Assembly: GCF_006345805.1 (NCBI RefSeq)
Contig: NC_042998.1
Span: 57,474,001 to 57,538,000 of the forward strand
From: Octopus sinensis
Taxonomy: Eukaryota
DNA length: 64,000 nt
Direction of reading: 5' to 3'
Below, piece after piece: positions 13,001-24,747 of this stretch; the first letter of the stretch is position 1; the number at the start of each line of letters is the position of its first letter. A model generated the notes under the pieces. That model saw nothing but the letters and a program-made list of their open reading frames with translations, did not search any database and was not told the origin of the DNA. Both the position numbers and the translations under genes were made by a program.

Positions 13001-14544
13001 ATATAATCTTGATAATTTACTCACTAGTTATCCATATTTACTTCCGATCACAATCTAAATCATAGGGAAAATTTTCTGAATAGTCGTTTCATTACTGATC
13101 TACTTAGTCATTTTTTTCAGTAATAATGCCGAAATATAAACTTAATATATGTTTCCACCTTTTTCACAGCACTTGGAAGATTATTAATGAAATTGGAACT
13201 GTTTTACTATAGAGAATGCAACAGCGAAACTCCTGCGATTATCTTGATTATTTAGTTGTACAGGTAACATGACAAATGGGTGTTTGTCTCTGTGTTGATT
13301 CTTGTCTTACTGTTCCGAATATAAATAATTCGGACAGGATGGCTTTTTAACGTCGTACGTTACTGGTAATTTCACTATCAGTTACGTAAATACTTGAAAC
13401 CTAATCATTCGACTATGAAACACAACCTACAATATACGTTTTTGTTAGTTTCTTTACTCAGAACTTTATAAAGTTGATGCCAGTTCTAGCATTTTCAAAA
13501 ATTTTGAAGAGCAACAAGCTAAAATAAAGTTATTTTTATGGACTCAGAAAACAATCTTTCAAGCTTCGAAAAGAATCCAAATAGTCGTAAATTATTTTGT
13601 ACACCTAGGTTCAGTCAATGATCCAATAGCCAAGCAATAACCCCAACGGTTCAATTAAGTCTTCTATTTCATTTGGGTATAACCAAACAATCTAATTGTC
13701 GTTCTTGTCCTATAATATTAGTTTAAATTTAACCGGCTTATCTATGAGGAATTCCAGCCTAACACGCATCTCTTTTTAGAGATATGTCTTTAATACATCA
13801 TCTTATATGGTCCTTCTTTAAAATGATAGTGGTCGATTTCATGAATATTTAGCTGATAATTCGAGGCGAAAGTGCAACCACAAAAAAGATCATTCAATTT
13901 GTTCCTTCTATCCTCCATAATATGTTAATATTAAACCCTACAATTTCCGGTAATGTAAAACTAGGCTATGCATATTTTTTAGCCCCATGAACGGATGACA
14001 AGTATATAATAACCTGTGGAGACACCACGAAAGATTATCTCTGGACGAATACTGCAGTTAATTTACCGTTCTTAATGCATTGCATTACATATGTACCACA
14101 GATGACTAATTTTATCTAATGCTGTCTCTGCTGCATGCAGCGAATAAAGCTTTAATTTGACAAGTGTGCTAAATTTCTCCCATGAAGGGTTATTTCAAGA
14201 CCCACGTGGTAAACGGTTACTGTTTTACTTCCTTATTTCCGTGGTTGATGAAATATTTCTAAATATACACGTGGGTAGAGGCTTAATTGATTACATCGAC
14301 CTCAGTACTTGGCTGGCTCTTCATTTTATTGACCCCTGATGAATGTAAAACCAATTTGACTATGAGATGATCTAAGGGGTTGATAAAATAATAAAGAGAA
14401 TCGTATTGAACTCATTTCATCGAGTAACACTTCTCAAAATGCATAGCCGTAGTTGCTTACTTATTCTCTGGAATAATTTAAGCCGACAAGTGAATATCTA
14501 AAGCGTAACTGAACCTGCGTCTAACGCAGACAGATTAATATGGT

Positions 14545-14720
14545 GGTGAAGGCTAAGGCAACGAGCTGGCAGAATACTTAGCACGCCGGAGAAAATGCTT
14601 AGTAGCTTTTCTTCCGGTTGTATGTTCTGAGTTCAAATGCTTCGTAGGTAGACTCTGCATTTCATCCTTTTGACGTCTGTACAATAAATACCAGTTGAAC
14701 AATGGAGTGGTTCTAACCGA
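14545..14720 (+). mobile_element. SINE (family with head aaggcggcgagctggcagaa), decayed
   Basis: Matches the reverse complement of 17720-17955 (gagctggcagaa..ttagcacgccgg.gaaatgcttag...gttctgagttcaaat). Confidence 0.75.
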
Positions 14721-16527
14721 CTAATCACACCCCCACCAAATTGATGGTCTTCTGTCCATTATAGAAAGTAATATGATGCGTAAGTTTAACCAACATGCAA
14801 TCGATTTTATCTCAGGCTCCACTGACAAATCTTTCCTACATGTTACCGCTTCCATTTCATGCATTATTCTAGTTCTTTGTCTAACACAATCAGTACTACT
14901 ACTAATATGTGTGTCAAATGCGTGCATGATGCATATGTCTATGTGTGTGTGTGTGTGTGCTTATGTTTACCTCAATATTTCAATAAAAGCAGTCACGTGG
15001 CATTCTCTTTCGCCTTCTGGAACGTCGCCACTTTTATCACTTTTATTTAAAAACTAAAAAGTGACATAAAAAATAACAGATAATTATTTAAGTTAATATG
15101 ACATATGCATTTAAAAAGCAATATTGATAAGTAATCCACAGAAATTAAAAAGTGCGTCCTGTTACGTTATTGTCTTGTAAAACATAATGATTTCAATACA
15201 TAGTTTTCGTATAGAGGCACAAATTGAGATCTAACATACAACTATACAAATCTGATGCCATAGGTTTCGTTAGAATATATCTTCGTATCTATTAAATCGG
15301 GCTTTGAATCCCTGAGGAGATATTCGTACGAAACTATAATATTGGGCCAGTGATTTCCTTTAAAATTATAGAGCTGTATATATTATAATCCTTGTGTGAG
15401 CATCTTTCAGCGAAGAGAGTAAATATCGGCGAGAAAACCAATAATCTAATGCTATAGGAAGAAGTACCTTACAGTATTTATTCCAAGCAATTTGTACAAA
15501 CAATATCTTCACTTTTACAATCTCAAATGCTGTGAACCAATGACTGATCCACTCGAAGCGTGTAACCGACGTCGTTGTTCACAAAGTGTAATGCTAAATA
15601 AAATGAATAACAAACGAAATTTCCGTTAGAATTTTACTGTATTTTGACTTGTTAACATGATGTTGACAAAATGATTAATAACATTTTAGTCTAGACAATT
15701 CTAAAGTACCTATTCAAATTCACTTATTTGACAGCAGTTTTCTTTTTCTCTAAAAGATACAATCAGAGGAAAATTTCATTTACAAATTCTTATAAGGAAA
15801 ACTATCTTTCCTTACGCTTAAAAACTGTTAGCTCTTAGAAAGCGTCGATTTTATGTTAAAGTAGATTAAACTCAGAACATATTTCTATCTGATGAGATAT
15901 TTTTTAAAATCGAATATGGCAAAATAATTCATGCTAGCGGGAGAATGAAATATTGATTTAGTATCTGGAATTGGTTAAGAATACAAAGGAATTCTTTTTG
16001 TTTATGCCTACTTTATATTTTTCGTATATTCTGAGATCTCCATCTCCACCTTTCGCACAATCACTAAATGAAAATTTCGCTAACTCTTCCCCCCCCCAAA
16101 AAAAAATGAAGAAAAAAGTACTGGGGTTGATTCAATCGACCAAAATTCTTCAAGATGATGCTCCGGCATGGTCGCATTCTAATATCTTGAAGCAAATAAA
16201 GGATTAAAGATATTAAAAACGTAACAATTTCCTAAATAAATATCATTTTTCGGATAGCCATGGTGGAGTGGGTGAATTTCTGAACATATTTTTGAATTTG
16301 TAGCCTTTTGCTTCAACCGAGCTATTAGATTGATTAAAAAATGAAGAGAAAGAAAGAGAGAGAGAGTTGATCAATGAGCAATGTAAAGACTAATCGGATT
16401 TATTTCGTGCAGACGACAGTCTCATTATCGACCTGTCCTTGCTGTTCTCTTACATTTTTTATCTTTCATCACTCATTCATTCAGCCAATCTCATCTGATT
16501 CTTTTGTTTATACATATTCTTGGAAAT

Positions 16528-16727
16528 GTATGTATGTATGTATGTACGTAAGTATGTATGTATGTATGTATGTATGTATGTATGTATGTATGTATGTATG
16601 AATATATGTATTTATGTATGTATGCCTGTATCTATGTAGAGATCGCTGTATATACATTAGGGTATATACGTGTGTATTCATTGTGTTGCATATATACATA
16701 CATACATACATATAAATATATATATAT

Positions 16728-16780
<53 letters not shown>
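16528..16780. repeat. (TATG)n/(TACA)n/(TA)n array
   Basis: Direct reading. Confidence 0.95.
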
Positions 16781-17719
16781 ATATTTTGTATTGATCTTGT
16801 TTCATCTTCATAACGCCAGCTTCTTTTTTATTAGCTCTATAATAGATGTATAGACAACTTAATATGTCAAACAAGGTCACGCCAGAATCCATGAAAACAG
16901 ATCTAATTAACTTATAATTACCCCTTCCCTTATATAATATTTCGGTACCCTTGTAATTAACCTATTACAACCTCTATCTTCTACAAATAAAAAGCTAAAT
17001 TAAAATGTAAGTAAAATCATAAACAACTAACTACCACACAAAGAATCTATTTCAGCATACTTTTGAGCGGCTGTTGTTATAGATAGAACTACACTTTGTG
17101 TTGCATTTTTTTAAAAGTTTCTAACTCAGCCACATTACAAAACATTGTCTGTTTCAGATCATATTTTTGTTCTTTTATAACTTAGTGAAGTAAAAGTCTG
17201 TGATAATTAGTACGTTCTCCATTCATTTAGGTCTTTTCTATTTATGTTTCGCTTTTGTTTTATTTTCCTCGTTTTGTTAACTTCGTTATAAGTTGATTGA
17301 TGGTTCGCATAGATGTTAATGCGTTGTTGGGTGTCATGGAGATTACTGTCGGCTGTACAACAGACGCTTTATTTTCTTTTATATTAGCTTCTATTGACGT
17401 TAACATAATTAACGAACATGCCACCATTTGCATTTATTGATCCATAAGTCCATCTTTAAAAAAGAACTACAAAGTATCTATTTTCTTGCTTTAGTGGGAT
17501 TAGCATTAACAAAAATATTAAGTTATGTGTTTTCTTTCATAAATCTATTTCATCTATGAATATAATTGTCACTTATTAAAATTAAAAGCAAAAAAAAAGT
17601 AAATAATAACCTAATGCGATCAAATCCTAATTCTCTAATTCACTAAACGAATTTTATAGAAATTTTTGCTGTGACGGTATCGTCTAGTTTTCTTTCGCTT
17701 CAAAAGTAAACTCAATATA

Positions 17720-17955
17720 TATTTCTTTACTACCCACAAGGGGCTAAACATAGAGGGGACAAACAAGGACAGACAAACGGATTAAGTCGATTACGTCGAC
17801 CCCAGAGCGAAACTGGTACTTAATTTATCGACCCCGAAAGGATGAAAGGCAAAGTCGACCTCGGCGGAATTTGAACTCAGAACATGAAGGCAGACGAAAT
17901 ACCGCTAAGCACTTCGCCCGGCTTGCTAACGCTTCTGCCAGCTTCTGCCAACTCA
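17720..17955 (-). mobile_element. Young SINE, near full length
   Basis: B-box-like gttctgagttcaaattccgcc on the minus strand; tail ...gcccttgtgggtagtaaagaaata; 10-nt tandem duplication gcttctgcca at the head. Confidence 0.85.
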
Positions 17956-17974
17956 ATATATTTAGAAGAAGTTT

Positions 17975-18293
17975 TATTTATTTATGCGCCCTTTTCAATC
18001 CTAGCCAGGCCATGGGCCCGGTTTCCCGGTTTGTATGGCGTATATGTTCCCCCCACCCCAACTGGACGGGATGCCAGTCCATCGCAGCGTTACACAAGAA
18101 ACAGAATAAAAGAGTGAGAGAAAGTTGGGGCGAAAGAGTACAACAGGGGTCGCCACCACTCTCTGCTTGAACCTCGTGGAGCTTTATGTGTTTTTGCTCA
18201 ATAAACACACACAGCACCCAGTCTGGGAATCGAAACCGCGATCCTCCGACCGCGAGTCCGCTGCCCTAACCACTGGGCCGTTGCCCCTCCACA
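17975..18293 (-). mobile_element. tRNA-derived SINE
   Basis: Minus-strand head ggcccagtggttagggcagcggactcgcggtcggaggatcgcggtttcgattccc (A and B boxes); 3' part ctggcatcccgtccag...ccgggaaaccgggcc is shared with the neighbour and with 47735-47952. Confidence 0.85.
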
Positions 18294-18295
18294 AA

Positions 18296-18545
18296 TGTTT
18301 CTTCTCGAGCCATGCCAGGCTCATAAAGGCCAGTTTCCCGGTTTCAGTGGCGTAGAAATTCCCCACCTGGACGGGACGCCGGTCCGTCACAGGATTACTC
18401 ATTTTTGCCAGCTGAGTGGACTGGAGCAACATGAAATGAAGTGTTTTGCTCAAGAACACAACGCATCACCCGGTCCAGGAATCGAAACCACAACCTTACG
18501 AACATGAGTTCAACACCCTAACCACTAAGCCACGCGCCTTCACAT
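18296..18545 (-). mobile_element. tRNA-derived SINE (tandem neighbour, different body, same 3' tail)
   Basis: Head ggcgcgtggcttagtggttagggtgttgaactcatg...gtggtttcgattcctggacc; tail ccggcgtcccgtccagg...ccgggaaactggcctttatgagcc. Confidence 0.85.
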
Positions 18546-18829
18546 TTAGAAGAAAGGGAGGAGAAAAAGTTGTTGAGAGAGAAGTAGGACGTGCAGGAGA
18601 GAAGTAAAGAGAGAGAGAGAGTGTGTTTGTGTTTGTTTGTGTGTGTGTGAAAGATAGATAGATAGACAAGTAGTAGGTAGGTGGGTAGTGTTGTCACCAT
18701 AGGTTATAATTTGGTTGTCACCATAGGTTATAACAGGTTATAATTTAAAACGCAGGTATCTTAATTACAATCTATCAACAAAACACAACACGGAATTCAA
18801 AGTCGATTATATATTATTTACTTTATCGA

Positions 18830-18867
<38 letters not shown>

Positions 18868-19051
18868 CCTGTGTCTTTGAACTTATAGACAACGAATCAT
18901 TTGTTATATATAAAAACACATTTACATTGAACAATTTATGAAGGTACGTGCATGAGTAACAGATATTTCTTTGCAGCAGCGTAGCGACGGATAGCGACCT
19001 AGTTTTCTACGACAGCCAAGGTATTTTTTTTTTAAATACTTGAAGTAATTA

Positions 19052-19265
19052 TAAGGCGGCAAGCTGTCCAAATCGCTTGCATGTCGGGCAAAATGCTTTG
19101 TCGGTATTTCGACCGTCTTCAGGGTCTGAGTTCAAATTCCGCCGAGGTCAACTTTGCTTTTCGTCAATACAATAAGTACCAGTTTGAGTACTGGGTTCGA
19201 TGTCATCGACTTAGCCCATGCCTCGAAGTTGCTGGCCTTGAGCCAAAATTTGAAATCAATATTTA
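19052..19265 (+). mobile_element. SINE (aaggcggc family)
   Basis: aaggcggcaagctg...tctgagttcaaattccgccgaggtcaactttgc...aagtaccagttt..tactggg.tcgatgt.atcgactta. Confidence 0.8.
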
Positions 19266-20014
19266 AAGTAATTAGTCATTATAATCTCTGGCCAGCCCTG
19301 ATGGAGACCTATGTTCCAGGACATTCCAGTTGTAATATATCTATGGCTAGATAGAGAATTTGAAGGACACTGCATGCAATGTGTCCTTCCCTTTTTTGTG
19401 AAGCGATAAGTCTCCTTCCTCAATTCTGTTTCGAGAGCCCTGCAGAATTTATGAGCACTTCTCTCTTTTTTTTTTGAAGACATAGAACAATCTGAGTTCC
19501 TTCCCGAGTCATATGGACTAATAGGTTACTCATTTTGTCAGCTGAGTGGAGTGGGGCAACGTGAAATGAAGTGTTTTGCTCAAGAACGCAACGCGGCACC
19601 CAGTTCAGGAATCGAAACTACAATTTTCCCAGCGTCACACAAAACATGAAGAATCAGATAAATAGCAGTTGAGCTTTGAGCATTTGATTTTGTTTTTCCT
19701 CTCGAGTATAATGTCTCCTAAGTACGCTATCCAATATATAATCAGCCCTTCCCTTTTCTTGTGATGATTAGGTAAGAGAGAAATTGTATTTTACTGTTAT
19801 TTCTAGCAGCCCGAGACACCATGTAGAGGTTTCGTCAAAAGTAGTTTATTTCAATGTTGTATGGAACAACAAGCTCGGTATCAGTGTTTCTTATTATCAC
19901 CTTTGAGATAAGATGGAAAAGCACATAACTCTTGCTAGTCTAACATGCTACACTGTACGTTGTTGTTTAGCCTCATTCAGTTATATACATTTATATGTCA
20001 CTGAGTGGGTAACA

Positions 20015-20278
20015 AGCTTGCATTCTAACGATTAAGTCATGGGTCGGGTTCCATTTTGGGACTCCTTCGTCAAATGTCTTCTACTATAGCCCCCGGTCCG
20101 TCCAAACCCATGTAAGTGGAATGGCAGCGTAATAAGAAGTCTGCTTCCCTATCGCATGATTCCGAGTTCAGTTCCTCTGCGTGGCACTTTGGTCAAGTGT
20201 CTCCTACTATAGCCTCGGGCTGACCAAAGCATTGTGAGTAGATTTGGTAGACCGGAACTGAAAGAACTCCGTCGTATA

Positions 20279-20309
<31 letters not shown>

Positions 20310-20480
20310 ATGTGTGTGCGTGTGTCCTTAACCCTGCTTGACAACCAGTGTTTGTTTACGTCCTCGTACTCAGTTGTTCTGCAAAAGATGTCGATAGACT
20401 GAGTCCCAAACTTTGAAAATGAGAACTGAAGTCGATTTGTTTGAACGACTAAAACCAGTAAAAAGCGGATGAAAACGAAA
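20015..20480 (+). mobile_element. tRNA-derived SINE preceded by a second truncated head
   Basis: Two heads, each ending ..aa.tgtctt/cctactatagcc(c/t)cgg (about 20015-20110 and from about 20130); then ggaactgaaagaa..ccgtcgtata(TG)n and the 3' body. Confidence 0.75.
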
Positions 20481-20809
20481 TGGATATGACTAAATTATTC
20501 CAGTACGACTGCATAATTTCACGTTCCCTTTTTTCTGAGATATAAATGTATAAGTTTTATCATATTTGGCACCTAGTCATTTTTGAATGTCGAGCAACAT
20601 AACACAGGTTTCCTTGTTGACTAGTTTTCACTATAAACCGATGTTAGAGACTAAAATTGAGGCAGCAATGTCAATAATAGGTGGTTTCTTTTCCTGCTTC
20701 TTAAATTTAATGTCTCAATCCATAGTAGATAAACTCAGTATTGAAAGGACAGCTGATTGACAGTGTTATTGTTATTGTTATTTCAAGATGGCGGATAGAC
20801 AAAATCCTT

Positions 20810-21410
20810 AGCAGTGGGGTGGGAGGCAGAAATGCCTTGTGTTATGTGTTGCAGCTTATTTTTTACATTCTCAGGTCGAATACCGCCGAATTTAGCTTTC
20901 TTTTTCTTCCCTTCAGAGGCAGCAGCACAAAGTATCGGGTGGGGGTTGGGCGCTGGTATCAACCAATTCCGTTTTCCTCAAAATCGTTGGCCTTGTGTCT
21001 AAATTCAAAGCAATTATTATTGTTTTAGGGCGGTCGGCTGGCAAGGGTCGCTAGAGGGCCTCAAAAGTATTCTGCACTCTCGTATCTTTGCGTTCTGAGT
21101 TCAAATACGCCCAATCCCCAAAATTCTTCCAGGGTCGACAAAATAAAATACCAGTTAAGTACTGAAATTGATTTAATTGACTAACATCTCTGTGGAAAAT
21201 TTCAGGCTTTCTGCCTTTTTTTAGATACAATCATTGTTTCTGTTGTAGGCCAGTGAGTTGGCAGAATAGCTAAAGGGTCAGTAAAACACCTCGTGGTCTT
21301 TGTCCTGGTTTTGACATCTGAAGTTCAAATACCTCCGATGTCAACTTTACGTTTTATCTAATCGGCATTGATAAAATAAAGTACATGCCGTGATCAATAG
21401 TCTGGACTAA
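20810..21410 (+). mobile_element. Three decayed tandem SINE copies (aaggcggc family)
   Basis: Recurrent gttctgagttcaaat / tcgacaaaataaa.tacc motifs at about 20870, 21090 and 21320. Confidence 0.55.
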
Positions 21411-23243
21411 CACTTCATCTTTTGTTTATGTGCCTAAATTAGAATTAATGTTGTTTTAACTCAGGTAAGTACTTATCGATGTGACATCTAATTCAAGCCG
21501 TTCCAGCCATGACAATCGATTTTTATTTTGTCATAGTATACGTTAATTTACATAAACCAAAATGTTTCTTTTTCAAACGGTAGGCTAAGATTAAAAGTTC
21601 ATTTATTAGCAATTTCTTATACATTGTACGACCACATCCACGTGTGGCTTCCTCTATAGCCAGCGATAGGGTTGTTTCCATTGTGAGAGAGAGATATATT
21701 GAAATTTAGACTGGAAAACGTATTTTATAGAAGCGTAAGATAAACAGCCTTTACTTCTATGAACCGCAATATAAAATTCTGAAATTAAATCCACGAGGAA
21801 TTATTTTGAATTGATTTCGGTGTTACCGTCTATCCATCTCTGTATTTGAATCAAAACAACTTGCTGAAAATAAAAGAAACATTTCCTTACATAAGTTTTA
21901 ATGAATCTATTCAAAAGGAAACTACTAGAAATTAAACGAAACAAAAGAGCTTTTAATTGATTAAACTTCATGACAACAAATTCGGTAATAACCTAGGCCG
22001 TAGTATACCCCATGGTTACAACAAATAAGAACAAGTTTTTCAGCGTAACTGCTTTCAATTGAAATTGTATTAACAGATATGTAACTAAACAGTTGTTGTT
22101 AAACATGTAAGTAACGTTGTCTAATTTAGCATGTATTATTTCCTGTTTCGTGCTATTGTGAGAAATCGATATTTTTTCTATGTGCAACTATTGCCCAAGA
22201 GCAGGTGTCAAACTCCCAGTAAGCCGAAAATTTTTTCGCGAATCCACATCTCCGTTGATATTGTTTCACATATAACGTACATCGCTAATGACGTTGAGAA
22301 AGGCATACACATCTACTTGACATCGCAGTATAGTGGTGTATATCTCAGAATGAGAAGTAAACATCTGAAAAACCGACTACACAATAATGATCCGGTTTAA
22401 AACTGAAACAGATTTATATCACAACTCATTTCATCGTTCATGATAATTTAGTAGTGTTTCATCAGCCAGATCTTCGTTTGTTTTTTTTTCTTTAGTTACT
22501 GTATATTCATTCCACTATTCGCTCTTATGATTCACTCGCCTGTCATACAATCAGGTGTTTTTGTGAGTCTTCAATGGTTATTTTTAAAATGTGTCATTAC
22601 TTACTGGTTGTAGAAGATAGAAGAATTTCAGTATATTATTGTCTACTATATCGGGTCTAGTAAGTGGGTGGAAAATATAAAATATGATGGAATACGTTAC
22701 GTAATTCGTGAATTTGCATATCTACAGTGAACAACATAGTCTTTCATTCGGTATTTGTATTGATTCAGTTGATTGAATACGTCCCTTAAAAATAATGGTT
22801 GTGATTCTTGTCAATAGCACTTACGTGTTAGCTTCAGCTAGTGCATTGCTAGTGACGTGAACTTTGATATATAGCGAGATTATTTACTGGAATCGGGTAC
22901 TTGAAATGATTACTTACGAATAACTTTGCATGAAAATAAGGGGGTGGATGAATTGAGAAATACACGAAGACGCGAAAGTAAATAAATACGTAATGATAGA
23001 AAGTCACAGCAATTTTTACCTTTTAAGCCGGAAACATTCTTGAAACATAGATGCTTAGGTCGGCCATTACTCAGCAAACCTATGATAAAAGATTTTCACT
23101 TCACTTTATTTTTTGATATAGAAAATTCTCTTCTTTTTCCTACACAAAAGCCCTATGGTAAGAGATGATCATGTAAATTTTATGCAAGATTTAATATATG
23201 GTGGTTGTCTACTTCTTATGCAGAGTTTGACCACTTCTTGTAT

Positions 23244-23830
23244 TTACACCTTAAATCCATCATGGCATTTGATGTGGCTTTTTAAACCACACAATATATT
23301 GAAAAGACATCTACATAGATTGCGTATCTGATTTGGACCACCATGAGCTGCAGTTAAGTTCTGATCTTTGTATATCATAAAATGTCTTGTGAAACCTGTG
23401 TCAGATTCGCAGACCTTATGGCATACACGGTATTGAAAGGTGTGCACAGATATATAGGCCGAGTAGTTGGTAGAGGTTCGTTTTATACGACATGACATGG
23501 TTCTTTCGGATATACTACTTGGAATTTCTGAAACGGAGGATACCAACGAATACTTGAGAGCAAACCCAACACCAGATTTTATATGATGACCCTCATGTAG
23601 GCCTTTCCAGGAAATACTATATCCCTTAGTATGTTCATTTATTTGACCCTCACCGGGGATGCGAATTTCAGAGAGCGCAAGTATATCAAGGGAATATTTG
23701 TTGAGCTTACATGAAATAAGTGCAATAAACCTCTCGCATCTTGTTTAAATTATCATCAAAAAGTCTGCAGACATTCTAACATCCAAATTTCAAAGGATGT
23801 TTTTTCTTCTTCTTTAAGATTGTTTGGCTA
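23244..23830 (-). mobile_element. RTE-clade LINE deletion derivative: APE N-terminus fused to C-terminal C2H2-like fingers
   Basis: Hand translation: LKFGC*NV...; ERFIALISCKLNKYSLDILALSEIRIPGEGQINEHTKGYSISWKG....SGVGFALK...ISERTMSCRI (RTE APE), then YRVCHKVCESDTGFTRH...LCRCLFNILCGLKSHIKCH*. Confidence 0.8.
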
Positions 23831-24394
23831 CAGTTGCAGGATAACAACCGGACCCAAGCCTGTGAAAGACTGGGACACCTGCCGAGCCAGACCTGTTACC
23901 CTGACATTCCAAAAATATTTTTTTTTTGCTCTTTGCTGAATATGTTTAAGACATTTCAGAGTAAGCTGCACATTTATTTTTAGGGTTCTGCCAACCAATT
24001 CGATGATTTTACTAAGATTTAGTATACAAGAAGTACCTGTGCAGATGAATAATTTTCAAATCACTCTTGAGTGTTATTGGCAACATATAATCCAGTACAA
24101 ATTGTTTTCATGATCGGGTAGTCGGCGACTAAACTGGCAATCTCACCGGGCTTGCTTGCTGAGCAGGGTAATGGTTGGACTCCCTGTGCGACGAAAAATA
24201 AGACTTGTCAAAATACGCAGGAACTCATGAGTAGTCAACGGTTAGCCAACAAATATGTGTAAATGTGTATATATCATTTTATATATTTTCATATGTATAG
24301 ATATTTACTTTTTTTATATCTTATTTTATTTATATTTAAATACTATTTAAATACTATTTTCATTTGTATTTTTAAATTATATACTCTTTTACTC

Positions 24395-24600
24395 TTTTAT
24401 TTGTATCATTCATTTGAGTACGGCCATACTGGAGCACCGCCTTTAGTCGAGCAAATCGACCCCAGGACTTATTCTTTGTAAGCCTAGTACTTATTCTATC
24501 GATCTCTTTTGCCGAATCGCTAAGTTGCGGGGACGTAAACACACCAACATTGGTTGTCAAGCGATGGTGGGAGACAAGCATAGACACACAAACACACACA
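24395..24600 (-). mobile_element. SINE 3' half
   Basis: Near-identical to 38880-39080 (cctttagtcgagcaaatcgacc.caggacttattctttgtaagc.tagtacttattctatc). Confidence 0.9.
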
Positions 24601-24747
24601 CATATATACATACATACATACATACATACATACATACATACATACATACATACATACATACATACATACATGGTGGCTGCCCCTCGTTATCGAGTATGGC
24701 CATTGCACGGAAACTGAAAGAAACCCGTCGTATATATGTATGTATAT

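Noticed and set aside
14773-15057. Hydrophobic ORF resembling a signal peptide or TM segment
   Set aside because: No convincing donor site, it runs into (TG)n, and no family is recognised.
18225-18293. tRNA-like sequences here and at 18470-18545, 39190-39266 and 40560-40630 as tRNA genes
   Set aside because: A and B boxes are present, but they continue into SINE bodies and have no complete cloverleaf acceptor stem.
24600-24670. Regularly spaced short repeats as a CRISPR-like array
   Set aside because: Pure (TACA)n microsatellite with no unique spacers; the context is eukaryotic.
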